DNA of 64,000 bases from a candidate division FCPU426 bacterium. GTDB lineage: Bacteria > Oederibacteriota > Muellerivitia > Muellerivitales > Muellerivitaceae. The notes beneath the pieces are model-generated. The model made no database searches and was not told the origin of the DNA. It saw only the letters and a program-made list of their open reading frames with translations. Position numbers and translations under genes: made by a program. Shown one piece after another: positions 19,101 to 28,739 of this stretch. Every line of letters begins with the position of its first letter. Within the stretch, counting starts at the first letter, position 1. The DNA lies in NCBI GenBank assembly GCA_963771075.1, contig CAVYSE010000018.1, forward strand, positions 108,551-172,550, given 5' to 3'.

Positions 19101-19572
19101 CCGCCAAGACGCAAAGACGCCAAGGGAACCTTTGGAGGATTTATGGTAGAGAATTTTCCATATTGTTTATCGGGGGTTGATGATTCGTTATTTGAAGGAA
19201 AGATTAAGAATTTTGCCTCGGGTGATAGGTTGCGCTTCAAAAGTATTGTTATTTATCGAGATAAGAATTGTATTTATGTGACTACCGAGGGAAATACGAC
19301 TCCTGAGAATGCAATCGACGAAACGAAAGCAATTTTTGATGTTGCTCAAAAACAATTGGAAGAAATAACAAATCGGAGCTTTGACTTCAAAAAGTTGATA
19401 GATGGTGTTTCAGTTGAGTTTTTACTGTTTGGCCCAATAGGTAATTTTCTTGCCATTATGAAAGACGGTGAGATGGATTTTGATATAGGCCGATATTTGC
19501 AAATGGCGAACCGGGAAAGTTTCGGGAGATGAAATAATTTAGTAGTTCTTGGCGGCTTGGCGGTGAAAAAAG
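19098..19572. mobile_element. Inverted-repeat cassette copy c (cargo: AT-rich 129-aa orphan ORF).
   Basis: Left end: aaccgccaagacgcaaagacgccaagg (19098-19124), which begins within the fadD stop codon. Right end: ttcttggcggcttggcggtgaaaaaag (19547-19572). Confidence 0.7.
19143..19532 (+). CDS. Hypothetical protein (cassette cargo), no recognisable family.
   Basis: GGAGG lies 5-6 nt upstream of the ATG. By eye the ORF is markedly more AT-rich than its neighbours. Confidence 0.55.
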   Translation: MVENFPYCLSGVDDSLFEGKIKNFASGDRLRFKSIVIYRDKNCIYVTTEGNTTPENAIDETKAIFDVAQKQLEEITNRSFDFKKLIDGVSVEFLLFGPIGNFLAIMKDGEMDFDIGRYLQMANRESFGR

Positions 19573-19834
19573 ATTTAGGGGGCTAATATCAAATTCGCCA
19601 TTTTTTCCCTGACCTCGATGTGGGAGAGGGTTTGGCGGGTATCGGCCTGTTGAAGACCCTTTTCGATTTTCGCCAGGAACAACAATCGCTCCATGGCGTC
19701 TTCAATGGAAGCGTTTTTCGGAAGGGCTTGAACAGCTTTGAGTGTTTTTTGTTTCGCGGTCATAAAAGAAGAATAACAGCATTGATGGGCTGGTTCAATA
19801 TTTCGGTTTTCTTCGCGTCTTCGCGGTAAAAAAG
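19573..19834. mobile_element. Second cassette unit d, abutting copy c. It ends with another right-type terminus.
   Basis: Right end: ttcttcgcgtcttcgcggtaaaaaag (19809-19834). The sequence following both right ends is duplicated (aaaaaagatttaggggg vs aaaaaagcctttaggggg). No separate left end is visible between c and d. Confidence 0.55.
19575..19763 (-). CDS. Small (62 aa) antitoxin-like protein (cassette cargo).
   Basis: MTAKQKTLKAVQALPKNASIEDAMERLLFLAKIEKGLQQADTRQTLSHIEVREKMANLILAP. The LPxxxSxED...L....KI..G.......SHxEV pattern resembles small addiction-module-component proteins. The longer listed ORF (to 20024) would overlap the thiolase start, so the internal Met was chosen. No toxin partner is adjacent. 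Confidence 0.4.
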   Translation of the reverse strand: MTAKQKTLKAVQALPKNASIEDAMERLLFLAKIEKGLQQADTRQTLSHIEVREKMANLILAP

Positions 19835-19850
19835 CCTTTAGGGGGCGAAC

Positions 19851-21041
19851 ATGAAAGAAGTGGTCATCGTGGACGGGGTCCGGACGCCCATGGGCGTTTT
19901 GGGCGGGGCCTTGAAAGACGTTCCGGCGCAGGACCTGGCCGTCGCGGTCATCAGGGAGATCGTGAAGCGTAACAACCTGAAAGGCAGCGAGGTCGAGGAA
20001 GTGATCCTGGGCTGCGTGGGGCACTCCTCGGACGCCTTAAACGTGGCCCGGGTCTCGGCGTTGATAGCGGGACTTCCCAAAGAGACGACCGGTTATACGG
20101 TCCAGCGCAACTGCTCCTCAGGGATGCAGGCGGTCGTTAACGCCTTCCAGAATATCCAATGCGGGGACGCGGATGTGCATATCGCGGGCGGGACCGAGTC
20201 CATGAGCCGGGCGCCCTACCTCAACCGGGATATGCGCTTTGGCAAGCGGATGCGGGATTCCATCATGGTGGACAGCCTGACGGAAGGCCTGACCGACGCG
20301 GTATGCCACCTCATCATGGGCCAGACGGCAGAGGTTTTGGCCGAGGAATTCCAGATTTCACGTAAGGAACAGGACGAATACGCCGTCCAAAGCCATAAAA
20401 AGGCTTTCCGGGCCCAGCGGGAAAACAAGTTCAAGGAAGAGATCGTGCCGGTCATGGTGCCGAAAAAGGTGCTGGGAAAGCCCGTGACCCCCGAGCCGGT
20501 CAACCAGGATGAAGGCATCAACGCCGCGCTGAATGAGCAAAGCCTGGCCACCTACCCCACTATCTTCAAGGAGAACGGAACCGTGACCCCCGGCAATTCC
20601 TGCGGTATCAACGACGGAGCCTGCGCCTTGCTGGTGATGAGCAGGGAAAAGGCCGACGCCTTGGGTTATCAACCCCTGGGTTATATCCGTTCTTACGCCT
20701 TCGCGGGGGTTGAGCCGGAGAGGATGGGCATCGGGCCGGCTCTTGCTATCCCCAAGGCCTTGAAAAAAGGCGGGTTGGAAATGAAGGACATGGGTTTGAT
20801 CGAGATCAATGAGGCTTTCTCGGCCCAGATCCTGGCGGTGGACCGGATGCTCAAAATGAACCGGGAAATCTTGAACGTGAACGGCGGTGCCATCGCCATC
20901 GGGCATCCGGTAGGAATGACCGGCGCCCGGTTGATCTTGACGGCATTAAGGGAAATGGCCCGCCGTAACGTTAACTTATCCGTTATTTCCATGTGCGTGG
21001 GCGGAGGCATTGGAGGAGCGATGGTGTTTGAAAGGAAATAA
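19851..21041 (+). CDS. fadA: Acetyl-CoA C-acyltransferase (thiolase).
   Basis: VIVDGVRTPMG, the active-site region VQRNCSSGMQAV, and the C-terminal NVNGGAIAIGHPVGMTGARL and MCVGGGIGGAMVFE. Confidence 0.9.
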   Translation: MKEVVIVDGVRTPMGVLGGALKDVPAQDLAVAVIREIVKRNNLKGSEVEEVILGCVGHSSDALNVARVSALIAGLPKETTGYTVQRNCSSGMQAVVNAFQNIQCGDADVHIAGGTESMSRAPYLNRDMRFGKRMRDSIMVDSLTEGLTDAVCHLIMGQTAEVLAEEFQISRKEQDEYAVQSHKKAFRAQRENKFKEEIVPVMVPKKVLGKPVTPEPVNQDEGINAALNEQSLATYPTIFKENGTVTPGNSCGINDGACALLVMSREKADALGYQPLGYIRSYAFAGVEPERMGIGPALAIPKALKKGGLEMKDMGLIEINEAFSAQILAVDRMLKMNREILNVNGGAIAIGHPVGMTGARLILTALREMARRNVNLSVISMCVGGGIGGAMVFERK

Positions 21042-21043
21042 TC

Positions 21044-21107
21044 TAGTCGACCGTTCGCAGTCGGCAGTCGACGGTTTAACTGTGAGCTGTCGATGGTCGA
21101 CCGTGGA
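21044..21107. repeat. Post-stop-codon short repeat, family 2 (GTCGAC/GCTAAC-motif type), copy 1.
   Basis: tagtcgaccgttcgcagtcggcagtcgacggtttaactgtgagctgtcgatggtcgaccgtgg. It shares cgcagtcgRcag and gtcgacgg with the copy after groEL. The palindromic GTCGAC cores allow hairpins. Confidence 0.35.
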
Positions 21108-21144
21108 CTAATAACCTGTTAATCGTGTGATGGGGGAGGAAGAA

Positions 21145-22356
21145 ATGTTTATCTACAAGGCGGGAGTTGTCGGTGCGGGCGCCATGGGGGCGGGGATCGC
21201 CCAGGTTATATCCTTCTCTGGACTTCCGGTTGTTTTGAAAGACACGGACGAAGCTCGTGTGAAAAAGGGGCTCGATACCGTCCGCAAGATCTACCAGGGC
21301 CGGGTGGATAAGGGCAAGATGGCCCCCTCGGAGATGGAACAAAAGGTGCCGCTGGTTCAGGGAACCACTTCCTGGGACGATTTCAAGGATTGCGACATCG
21401 TCATTGAGGCGGTATTCGAGAACATGCAGGCCAAGCAGGATGTTTTCCGGGAAATGGAAAAGGCCCTGCCCGAAACCGCCATTATGGCCACCAACACCTC
21501 CGCCCTTTCCATCACCCAGATCGCTTCGTCCGTGAAAAGGTCCGAAAAGGTCATCGGCCTTCACTTCTTCAACCCGGCCGGGGCCATGAAACTGGTGGAG
21601 GTGATTCCGGGCCTGCAAACATCCCACGACACGGTGGATGACACGGTGGCCTTTTCCGAATCGCTCCGTAAGTTTCCCGTCAGGGTCAAGGAATGCGCGG
21701 GGTTTCTCGTGAACCGGCTCTTACTGCCTTTCCTCAACGAATCCGCCTTTGCCCTGCAGGAAGGCTCCGCTAGCGCGGAAGATATCGACGCGGCCCTCCT
21801 GGCCTTCGGCATGCCCATGGGCCCCATCGCCTTGATGGACCTGTTGGGGTTGGAGGTTTGCGCGGATGTGGCGACGATCCTCTATGATTCCTTCGGCCCC
21901 CGCATGAAGGTGGCGGAAATCCTCTATGAAATGAAAAAGGCGGGCCGGTTCGGGGTTAAAAACGGGATGGGCTTTTATTCTTACGACGAGGCCAAAAAGG
22001 CCGATTTGAAATCCCTTGTGGAGGCGATCCAGCAAAAAACAGGGATCCAGGGAACACCCTTCAGCCTGGAAAGGCTCTTGTTCCAAATGATCAACGAGGC
22101 CGCCTACTGCCTGGAAGAAAACGTGGCCTCCCCCGGGGATATCGACCTGGCTATGATGGCTGGCACGGGATTTCCGCAGGACAAGGGCGGGCCTTTGCAC
22201 CTGGCGGACGCGCTGGGCGTGGACGTAGTATTGGCTAAGCTGAACGATTTCTCAAAGCAACTGGGCCCCCGGTTTTGGCCCGCCCCCATCTTGAAACGAA
22301 TGGTTTCTGCGAATTACTTGGGACAAAAGGCGAAAAAAGGATTTTTCAACTACTAA
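21145..22356 (+). CDS. 3-hydroxyacyl-CoA dehydrogenase (NAD-binding plus C-terminal domains).
   Basis: Rossmann motif GVVGAGAMGAGIAQV, HFFNPAGAMKLVEVI and GFLVNRLL. GGAGG lies 5 nt upstream of the ATG at 21145. Confidence 0.88.
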   Translation: MFIYKAGVVGAGAMGAGIAQVISFSGLPVVLKDTDEARVKKGLDTVRKIYQGRVDKGKMAPSEMEQKVPLVQGTTSWDDFKDCDIVIEAVFENMQAKQDVFREMEKALPETAIMATNTSALSITQIASSVKRSEKVIGLHFFNPAGAMKLVEVIPGLQTSHDTVDDTVAFSESLRKFPVRVKECAGFLVNRLLLPFLNESAFALQEGSASAEDIDAALLAFGMPMGPIALMDLLGLEVCADVATILYDSFGPRMKVAEILYEMKKAGRFGVKNGMGFYSYDEAKKADLKSLVEAIQQKTGIQGTPFSLERLLFQMINEAAYCLEENVASPGDIDLAMMAGTGFPQDKGGPLHLADALGVDVVLAKLNDFSKQLGPRFWPAPILKRMVSANYLGQKAKKGFFNY

Positions 22357-22365
22357 CCAAACAAC

Positions 22366-22436
22366 AGCCATTAGCTCTTGGACATTAGCTTTTAGCTAAC
22401 GGCCAACCGCTGAGGGCTAACAGCTGAGGCCGGCGA
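22366..22436. repeat. Post-stop-codon short repeat, family 2, copy 2.
   Basis: gccattagctcttggacattagcttttagctaacggccaaccgctgagggctaacagctgaggccgg. Internal direct repeats are present (cattagct x2, gctaac x2, gctgagg x2). It shares agctaacgg with copy 3. Confidence 0.35.
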
Positions 22437-22449
22437 CCAAGGAGGAGAA

Positions 22450-23229
22450 ATGGGACAGTTCGTAAACACTTCTATTGAGGCAAAAGTAGCGACGGTGAGG
22501 ATCAACAATCCGCCCGTGAACGTGCTTACTCAGGCGGTCATGAAAGAACTGGAAGGCGTCTTCGATGAGCTGGCTGGGAACAAAGAGGTGAAATGCATCG
22601 TCTTAACTGGCACGGGCCAAACCTTCATCGCCGGGGCTGACATCAAGCACATGGCCACGATCCGTACCCCCGAGGACGGCAAGAAAGCGGCCGGTGAGGG
22701 CCAGCGGCTATTCATGAAAATCGAGCGCATGGAAAAGCCGGTCATCGCGGCCATCAATGGGGTCTGTTTGGGAGGAGGAACCGAACTGGCCCTGGCCTGC
22801 CATATCCGATTCTGTTCCGACCGCGCCCGTTTGGGACAACCCGAGACTAAGCTGGGTATTATCCCCGGTTTCGGTGGAACCCAAAGGCTAACCCGTTTGG
22901 TGGGACGGGCCAAGGCGTTAGAATGGATCTTGACCGGGGATAATATCGCCCCAAAGGACGCCGAAGACGCGGGGTTGGTCAATCACGTGATTCCCGACGC
23001 CGAGTTGCTCCGCCAGGTCCAGGGTTTCGCGAAGAAGGTGGCCATGCAGCCCATGAGCGCCCTGAAACAGGTTTTAATCGCGGTGCGGGACGGGTTGCAG
23101 GAGCCCAACCTGGATCAGGCGATGAAAATAGAATTGGAATCCTTCGGAAAGTGCTGTGAATCCCCTGACATGGGGGAGGGTATTGCTTCCTTCATCGAGA
23201 AACGCCAACCAAAGTTCACGGATCAATGA
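22450..23229 (+). CDS. Enoyl-CoA hydratase/isomerase (crotonase family).
   Basis: VLTGTGQTFIAGADI, AAINGVCLGGGTELALACHIR, GQPETKLGIIPGFGGTQRL and FIEKRQPKF. Confidence 0.9.
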   Translation: MGQFVNTSIEAKVATVRINNPPVNVLTQAVMKELEGVFDELAGNKEVKCIVLTGTGQTFIAGADIKHMATIRTPEDGKKAAGEGQRLFMKIERMEKPVIAAINGVCLGGGTELALACHIRFCSDRARLGQPETKLGIIPGFGGTQRLTRLVGRAKALEWILTGDNIAPKDAEDAGLVNHVIPDAELLRQVQGFAKKVAMQPMSALKQVLIAVRDGLQEPNLDQAMKIELESFGKCCESPDMGEGIASFIEKRQPKFTDQ

Positions 23230-23240
23230 CAAAAATTTTT

Positions 23241-23346
23241 TTACCGCGAAGTCGCGAAGAAAAGCTAAACACCCAGATTGGAACCCCAAGATGAATTTGA
23301 TAAGTATTGAACGACATTTTGAGGTATTTTTCGCGTCTTCGCGATG
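23241..23346. repeat. Cargo-less (MITE-like) copy e of the inverted-repeat cassette.
   Basis: Left end: ttaccgcgaagtcgcgaagaaaag. Right end: tttttcgcgtcttcgcgatgg. About 60 bp lie between them with no ORF. It begins ~12 nt after the hydratase stop. Confidence 0.6.
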
Positions 23347-23400
23347 GGATAGGTTTTTGTTAGACCTTTTTAAGATGGGGAGAGAAAACGAAGGGAACCC

Positions 23401-24270
23401 TTGAAGAAGAAAATAAAAAAACACAACAAGCCCTTTCACACGCTGGAGCAACTTCGGGAAGCCCGGCAAGAAAACCAGTTTAAGGTCGGTGTCGCCCTTT
23501 GCGGCGGGGTGGCTTACGGGATCATGCAGATCGGCATCTTGAAAGCCCTGGAGGAAGCGGGCATCCCGGTGGATTGCCTGGCAGGCACCAGCGCGGGGTC
23601 CATCATCGCGGCGGGTTACGCCTCGGGGCTACCTATCCAGCATATTGAGGAGATCGGCATCCACACCCATTGGGGCGAGTTGTTTTCCCTGAAAATGTCC
23701 CGCATGGGACTGGTTTCCTCCGGACCCATCGAGGATTACATCCGCAAGTACTTCAAGGTCGCGACTTTCGAGGAGCTCAAGAAACCCCTGGCGGTGGTGG
23801 CCACCGATATCTGTTCCGGCGAGGAAGTGGTGTTCACCCATGGGCCCCTGGACAAGGCGGTGCGGGCTTCCTGCTCGATTCCCGGAATTTACACCCCGGT
23901 GGAAATGGCGGGACGGCAGTTGGTGGACGGCGGGATGGCGGAAAATGTTCCGGTCCTGGCCCTGAAAAGCCTGGGAGCGGATATCGTGATCGCCTGCAAT
24001 GTCTTCGGCCACCCCCAGGTTTTCCCCAAGGCGACCAACGTTTTCCAGATCCTCATGCGGGTCTGGTATTTCTTCGTGTCGGAGGAAGTCTCCTGGCGGG
24101 AATCGGCCGATATTATCATTGAGCCCGACCTGCGAAAATTCGATTTGTTCAGCTTTGATAAGGGGAAGACCCTGATCGAAAAGGGCCGTCAAGAAGCCAA
24201 AAAGCATATTCCCAAACTGCAACAAACCATGCAGCGCCGTTTTTTCCTGAGGCCTGAAATCTACCGATAG
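23401..24270 (+). CDS. Patatin-like phospholipase.
   Basis: Oxyanion GGGVAYG, nucleophile elbow GTSAG and catalytic Asp motif LVDGGMAENVP. TTG start. Confidence 0.85.
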   Translation: MKKKIKKHNKPFHTLEQLREARQENQFKVGVALCGGVAYGIMQIGILKALEEAGIPVDCLAGTSAGSIIAAGYASGLPIQHIEEIGIHTHWGELFSLKMSRMGLVSSGPIEDYIRKYFKVATFEELKKPLAVVATDICSGEEVVFTHGPLDKAVRASCSIPGIYTPVEMAGRQLVDGGMAENVPVLALKSLGADIVIACNVFGHPQVFPKATNVFQILMRVWYFFVSEEVSWRESADIIIEPDLRKFDLFSFDKGKTLIEKGRQEAKKHIPKLQQTMQRRFFLRPEIYR

Positions 24271-24286
24271 ACAAACTCCATCAAAA

Positions 24287-24423
24287 TTTTCCACCCCGAA
24301 GGGCCGAAGTTAAATCAATGTTAAGCCCGATTTAAGGTATTTCTTCCCGTGGTTGCCCCAAAGGGTGAGTTTTTTCAATTTGTTATGACCCTTAATGCCA
24401 TCCTCGTGTCTTCGCGGTGGAAA
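24287..24423. repeat. Degenerate cargo-less copy f of the inverted-repeat cassette.
   Basis: Left end: ttttccaccccgaagggccgaag. Right end: cctcgtgtcttcgcggtggaaa. It begins ~17 nt after the patatin stop. Confidence 0.5.
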
Positions 24424-24459
24424 TCCTTGTTTTTCCTTATCCTTTGACGGTTCGCTCCC

Positions 24460-24488
24460 TTGACTCCCTTGGGGCCCGTGCTTATATT
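24460..24488 (+). promoter_or_regulatory. Sigma70-type promoter of groESL.
   Basis: TTGACT (24460-24465), a 17-nt spacer and TATATT (24483-24488), placed directly upstream of the CIRCE element. Confidence 0.7.
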
Positions 24489-24497
24489 AACGCCCTC

Positions 24498-24524
24498 TTA
24501 GCACTCGTTCTAATTGAGTGCTAA
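24498..24524 (+). promoter_or_regulatory. CIRCE operator (HrcA-binding inverted repeat).
   Basis: A perfect TTAGCACTC-N9-GAGTGCTAA lies ~90 nt upstream of groES. Confidence 0.92.
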
Positions 24525-24613
24525 ATCGACTCATTCGGTTTTTAACAACAAGTTTCATGTCCCGCGGGCCCCGTTCTAAAGGGCCCGGGATTCAAATCAC
24601 AGGAGGTTGGTTG

Positions 24614-24904
24614 ATGAAATTCCGTCCTTTGTATGACCGCATCATGGTGGAACGCGTGGAAGAGGAAGAAAAGACCAAAACCGGGATCATCATTCCCGAC
24701 GCGGCTCGTGAGAAGCAGCAGCGCGGAAAGGTGATTTCCGTGGGTAAGGGCCGAGTCACTGAGAAGGGTGAAATTATTCCCCTGATCGTGAAAGAGGGGG
24801 ACGTGGTCCTCTTCGAGAAATACGGCGGCGAGGACCTCAAGATCGACGGCAAAGAATACGTCGTATTGAAGGAAGAGGGTGTCATCGGGATCGTGGAAGG
24901 CTGA
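24614..24904 (+). CDS. groES: Co-chaperonin GroES.
   Basis: MKFRPLYDRIMVERVEEEEKTKTGIIIPDAAREK..GKVISVGKG. AGGAGG lies 7 nt upstream of the ATG at 24614. The listed ORF start at 24518 is an N-terminal over-extension through the CIRCE region. Confidence 0.93.
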   Translation: MKFRPLYDRIMVERVEEEEKTKTGIIIPDAAREKQQRGKVISVGKGRVTEKGEIIPLIVKEGDVVLFEKYGGEDLKIDGKEYVVLKEEGVIGIVEG

Positions 24905-24944
24905 TTTTTAGCAGGTTCAACATTCACTTTTTAACATTCGATAA

Positions 24945-26603
<1,659 letters not shown>

Positions 26604-26605
26604 AA

Positions 26606-26645
26606 GCAGTCCGCAGTCGACAGCTAACGGTCGACGGCTAGAAGC
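26606..26645. repeat. Post-stop-codon short repeat, family 2, copy 3.
   Basis: cagtccgcagtcgacagctaacggtcgacggctagaag, starting 3 nt after the groEL stop. Confidence 0.35.
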
Positions 26646-26660
26646 AAAGGCTAAATCAAA

Positions 26661-26695
26661 AGCCCTCGGCGAAGACGCCGGGGGCTTTTTGCTTT
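26661..26695 (+). terminator. Rho-independent terminator after groEL.
   Basis: Stem agccc(t)cggcg / cgccggggct with an aaga loop, followed by tttttgcttt. Confidence 0.7.
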
Positions 26696-26714
26696 ATGGA
26701 GCCCAGAGGTGGCG

Positions 26715-26743
26715 TTGACACTACCCGGTTCCATCCCTATTAT
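26715..26743 (+). promoter_or_regulatory. Sigma70-type promoter upstream of the zinc-ribbon gene.
   Basis: TTGACA (26715-26720), a 17-nt spacer and TATTAT (26738-26743), ~34 nt upstream of the ATG at 26777. Confidence 0.6.
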
Positions 26744-26776
26744 TAAGTTCACTTAGAGAGAAAAAGGGGAAAAACA

Positions 26777-27082
26777 ATGCCGAATTACGACTATGCCTGC
26801 GATAAATGCGGGAAATTTGAGGTTTGGCAATCCATAAAGGATAATGCCCTAACCGCCTGCCCGACCTGCGGGTCCAAGGTGGAAAGGCTGATCTCGGCCA
26901 ATGTGGGTTTTATCCTGAAGGGATCAGGGTTCTACCAGAATGAATACAAGAATAAACCGGCGGCACCGGTGATGGATAAGAAACAACCCGCTCCGGCTGT
27001 TGAAACCACCCCCCCGGCTTCTTGCGCGGCGGGAGATGCCTGTTGCGGCGGGGTTTGCAGCACGGCTTCATCGGATAATTGA
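26777..27082 (+). CDS. FmdB-family zinc-ribbon protein (CxxC_CxxC_SSSS type).
   Basis: MPNYDYACDKCGKFEVWQSIKDNALTACPTCGSKVERLIS. Confidence 0.8.
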   Translation: MPNYDYACDKCGKFEVWQSIKDNALTACPTCGSKVERLISANVGFILKGSGFYQNEYKNKPAAPVMDKKQPAPAVETTPPASCAAGDACCGGVCSTASSDN

Positions 27083-27111
27083 TTATTTAATATAACTTCG
27101 GGAGTCTAAGC

Positions 27112-27297
27112 ATGGCACCAGGATGGATCATCGGGATCGTAGTGGGTTACGTTTTTTTCAACCTGGGATTATGGAAGTCCGATTCCACACCCAAACCCCA
27201 GGACACCCTTTGGGCCATGGCCATGCTGGGGGGAACCCTGCTGATGTTCGTTTCCGTGCTGTTGTGGGCCGTTCCCAATTTCTTTACCGCTCCCTGA
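27112..27297 (+). CDS. Small membrane protein (2 TM), function unknown.
   Basis: Hydrophobic segments WIIGIVVGYVFFNLGLW and AMAMLGGTLLMFVSVLLWAV. Confidence 0.45.
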   Translation: MAPGWIIGIVVGYVFFNLGLWKSDSTPKPQDTLWAMAMLGGTLLMFVSVLLWAVPNFFTAP

Positions 27298-27313
27298 ACC
27301 CTCGAGGAAACCC

Positions 27314-27643
27314 TTGAAAGAACTCATCAGCGAACAACAGGCCGACTGGATCATCCTGGGTTTATCGGTCGCCATCGCGCTGGGTGGTTTGGTGTTCGGC
27401 TTCCTCTTCTCCAAAACCAAAAAGGGCGCTGAAAAAAAGGCCCATTGGGCCCAGGCCTTGCTGGTGACCCTCATCGGGTTGACCGTCTGGGGCTTTTGGA
27501 ACCTTTACAATTCCATCGAGAATTACTACGGCCTGGATTCCCTGAAGGCCTTGGGCATCAATTTTTGTATCGCGGTCGGTTTGGGCCTTTTGTTTTTAGC
27601 CCTATTCTGGTTTGTCCCTTCCTGGGCCTCGAAATCCAAGTAG
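27314..27643 (+). CDS. Membrane protein (3 TM), function unknown.
   Basis: TTG start and three hydrophobic helices (WIILGLSVAIALGGLVFGFLF, ALLVTLIGLTVWGFW, FCIAVGLGLLFLALFWFV). Confidence 0.45.
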   Translation: MKELISEQQADWIILGLSVAIALGGLVFGFLFSKTKKGAEKKAHWAQALLVTLIGLTVWGFWNLYNSIENYYGLDSLKALGINFCIAVGLGLLFLALFWFVPSWASKSK

Positions 27644-27644
27644 T

Positions 27645-27787
27645 TTTCACCGCGAAGAAAGACTTAAACCATCTATGTTTCAACACCAAGACACCCGGCC
27701 TTTTGAAACACAATCATTGGGTAATGGCCCGGAAACCAAACCATTAACCCGGCTATTCCCGATGCCCTCGCGCTTTCACGGTGAAAA
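27645..27787. repeat. Degenerate cargo-less copy g of the inverted-repeat cassette.
   Basis: Left end: ttttcaccgcgaagaaagac (starts 2 nt after the stop at 27643). Right end: ctcgcgctttcacggtgaaaa. Confidence 0.45.
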
Positions 27788-27848
27788 ATGCGTCTTGTTT
27801 GGGACTTTTCACCAAAACTGCCACCGGGCAGAGTGCGTCTAAACGATC

Positions 27849-28739
27849 ATGAAATCCCCAAGTTCTTCCGATCCCCTTTCCGTATTAAGAGAAGTTAAAA
27901 GGCTCGAACTCGTCACCCGCGGGGCGGTGGACACCCTCTTGAAAGGTTCTTACAAGAGCACCTTCCGGGGCCAGGGTCTTGAATTCCACCAGGTGCGGGA
28001 ATACGACCCCCAGGACGATTACCGTTCCATCGATTGGAACGTGACCGCCCGGCTGAACGCCCCCTACGTCAAGACCTTCATTGAGGAAAGGGAACTGCAG
28101 GTCATACTGGCGGTGGACCTTTCCGCGTCCCTCTGGTACGGCACAGGGCCTTCCAGCAAACGCGAGACCGCCCTGCGGCTTTGCGCCCTTTTGGCTTTTG
28201 CCGCCGTCCAGCACCAGGACCGGGTCGGGCTTCTCGTCTTCACGGACCGAGTTGAGTATTACGTGCCTCCCAAAAGGGGCAAGGCCGCTACCTTAGGCCT
28301 GCTGCGGACCCTCATTACCTTCAAGCCGAAGGGGAAAAAAACCCTCTTTCGTCCAGCCCTTCAAATGCTCACCAAAGTCCTGCGCCGCCGTAGCGTTCTT
28401 TTTTGGATCTCCGACTTTACCGAACCCATTCCCATGGAGGAGGCCAGCTTCCTCGCCAAGAGGCACGACATGGTCGCCGCGGTTTTGAAAGACCCCGTCG
28501 AAGCGGGTTTCAAGCTGCCCGCGAGGGTGGCGGTGCGGGATCCCGAGACCGGCAAGGTGGGTTTTCTATCGCCCGGGTCCATGAAGGCCTACCAAATGGC
28601 CGATGAGTTCCGGGAAAAACAGCTGAGGGCCTTGACCGCCAAGGGGGTGGACCGGCTTAACCTGACCGCCGGGGCCGGGGTCGTGACCGCCTTGAAGGGT
28701 TTCTTCAAGACCCGCATGGAACGCATGGGCAGGCGCTGA
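27849..28739 (+). CDS. DUF58-domain protein (MoxR-associated, vWA-like).
   Basis: FHQVREYDPQDDYRSIDWNVTARLNAPYVKTFIEERELQVILAVDLSASL. Confidence 0.85.
   Translation: MKSPSSSDPLSVLREVKRLELVTRGAVDTLLKGSYKSTFRGQGLEFHQVREYDPQDDYRSIDWNVTARLNAPYVKTFIEERELQVILAVDLSASLWYGTGPSSKRETALRLCALLAFAAVQHQDRVGLLVFTDRVEYYVPPKRGKAATLGLLRTLITFKPKGKKTLFRPALQMLTKVLRRRSVLFWISDFTEPIPMEEASFLAKRHDMVAAVLKDPVEAGFKLPARVAVRDPETGKVGFLSPGSMKAYQMADEFREKQLRALTAKGVDRLNLTAGAGVVTALKGFFKTRMERMGRR

Noticed and set aside
19575-20024. The full 149-aa minus-strand ORF spanning the cassette and the first 170 nt of the thiolase gene.
   Set aside because: - Its N-terminal 87 aa are antisense to the thiolase start and to the cassette terminus, and look like shadow-frame sequence.
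- Only the last 62 aa, from the ATG at 19763, have a coherent small-protein pattern. That part is reported instead, with low confidence.
24518-24613. The N-terminal extension of groES suggested by the ORF track (start at 24518). Similar over-extensions occur for moxR (33413), yicC (39638), batB (29758), gltX (60276) and PilZ (60376).
   Set aside because: - The extensions run through operator, repeat or upstream-gene sequence.
- Internal ATGs with good Shine-Dalgarno spacing coincide with the conserved N-termini of the families.
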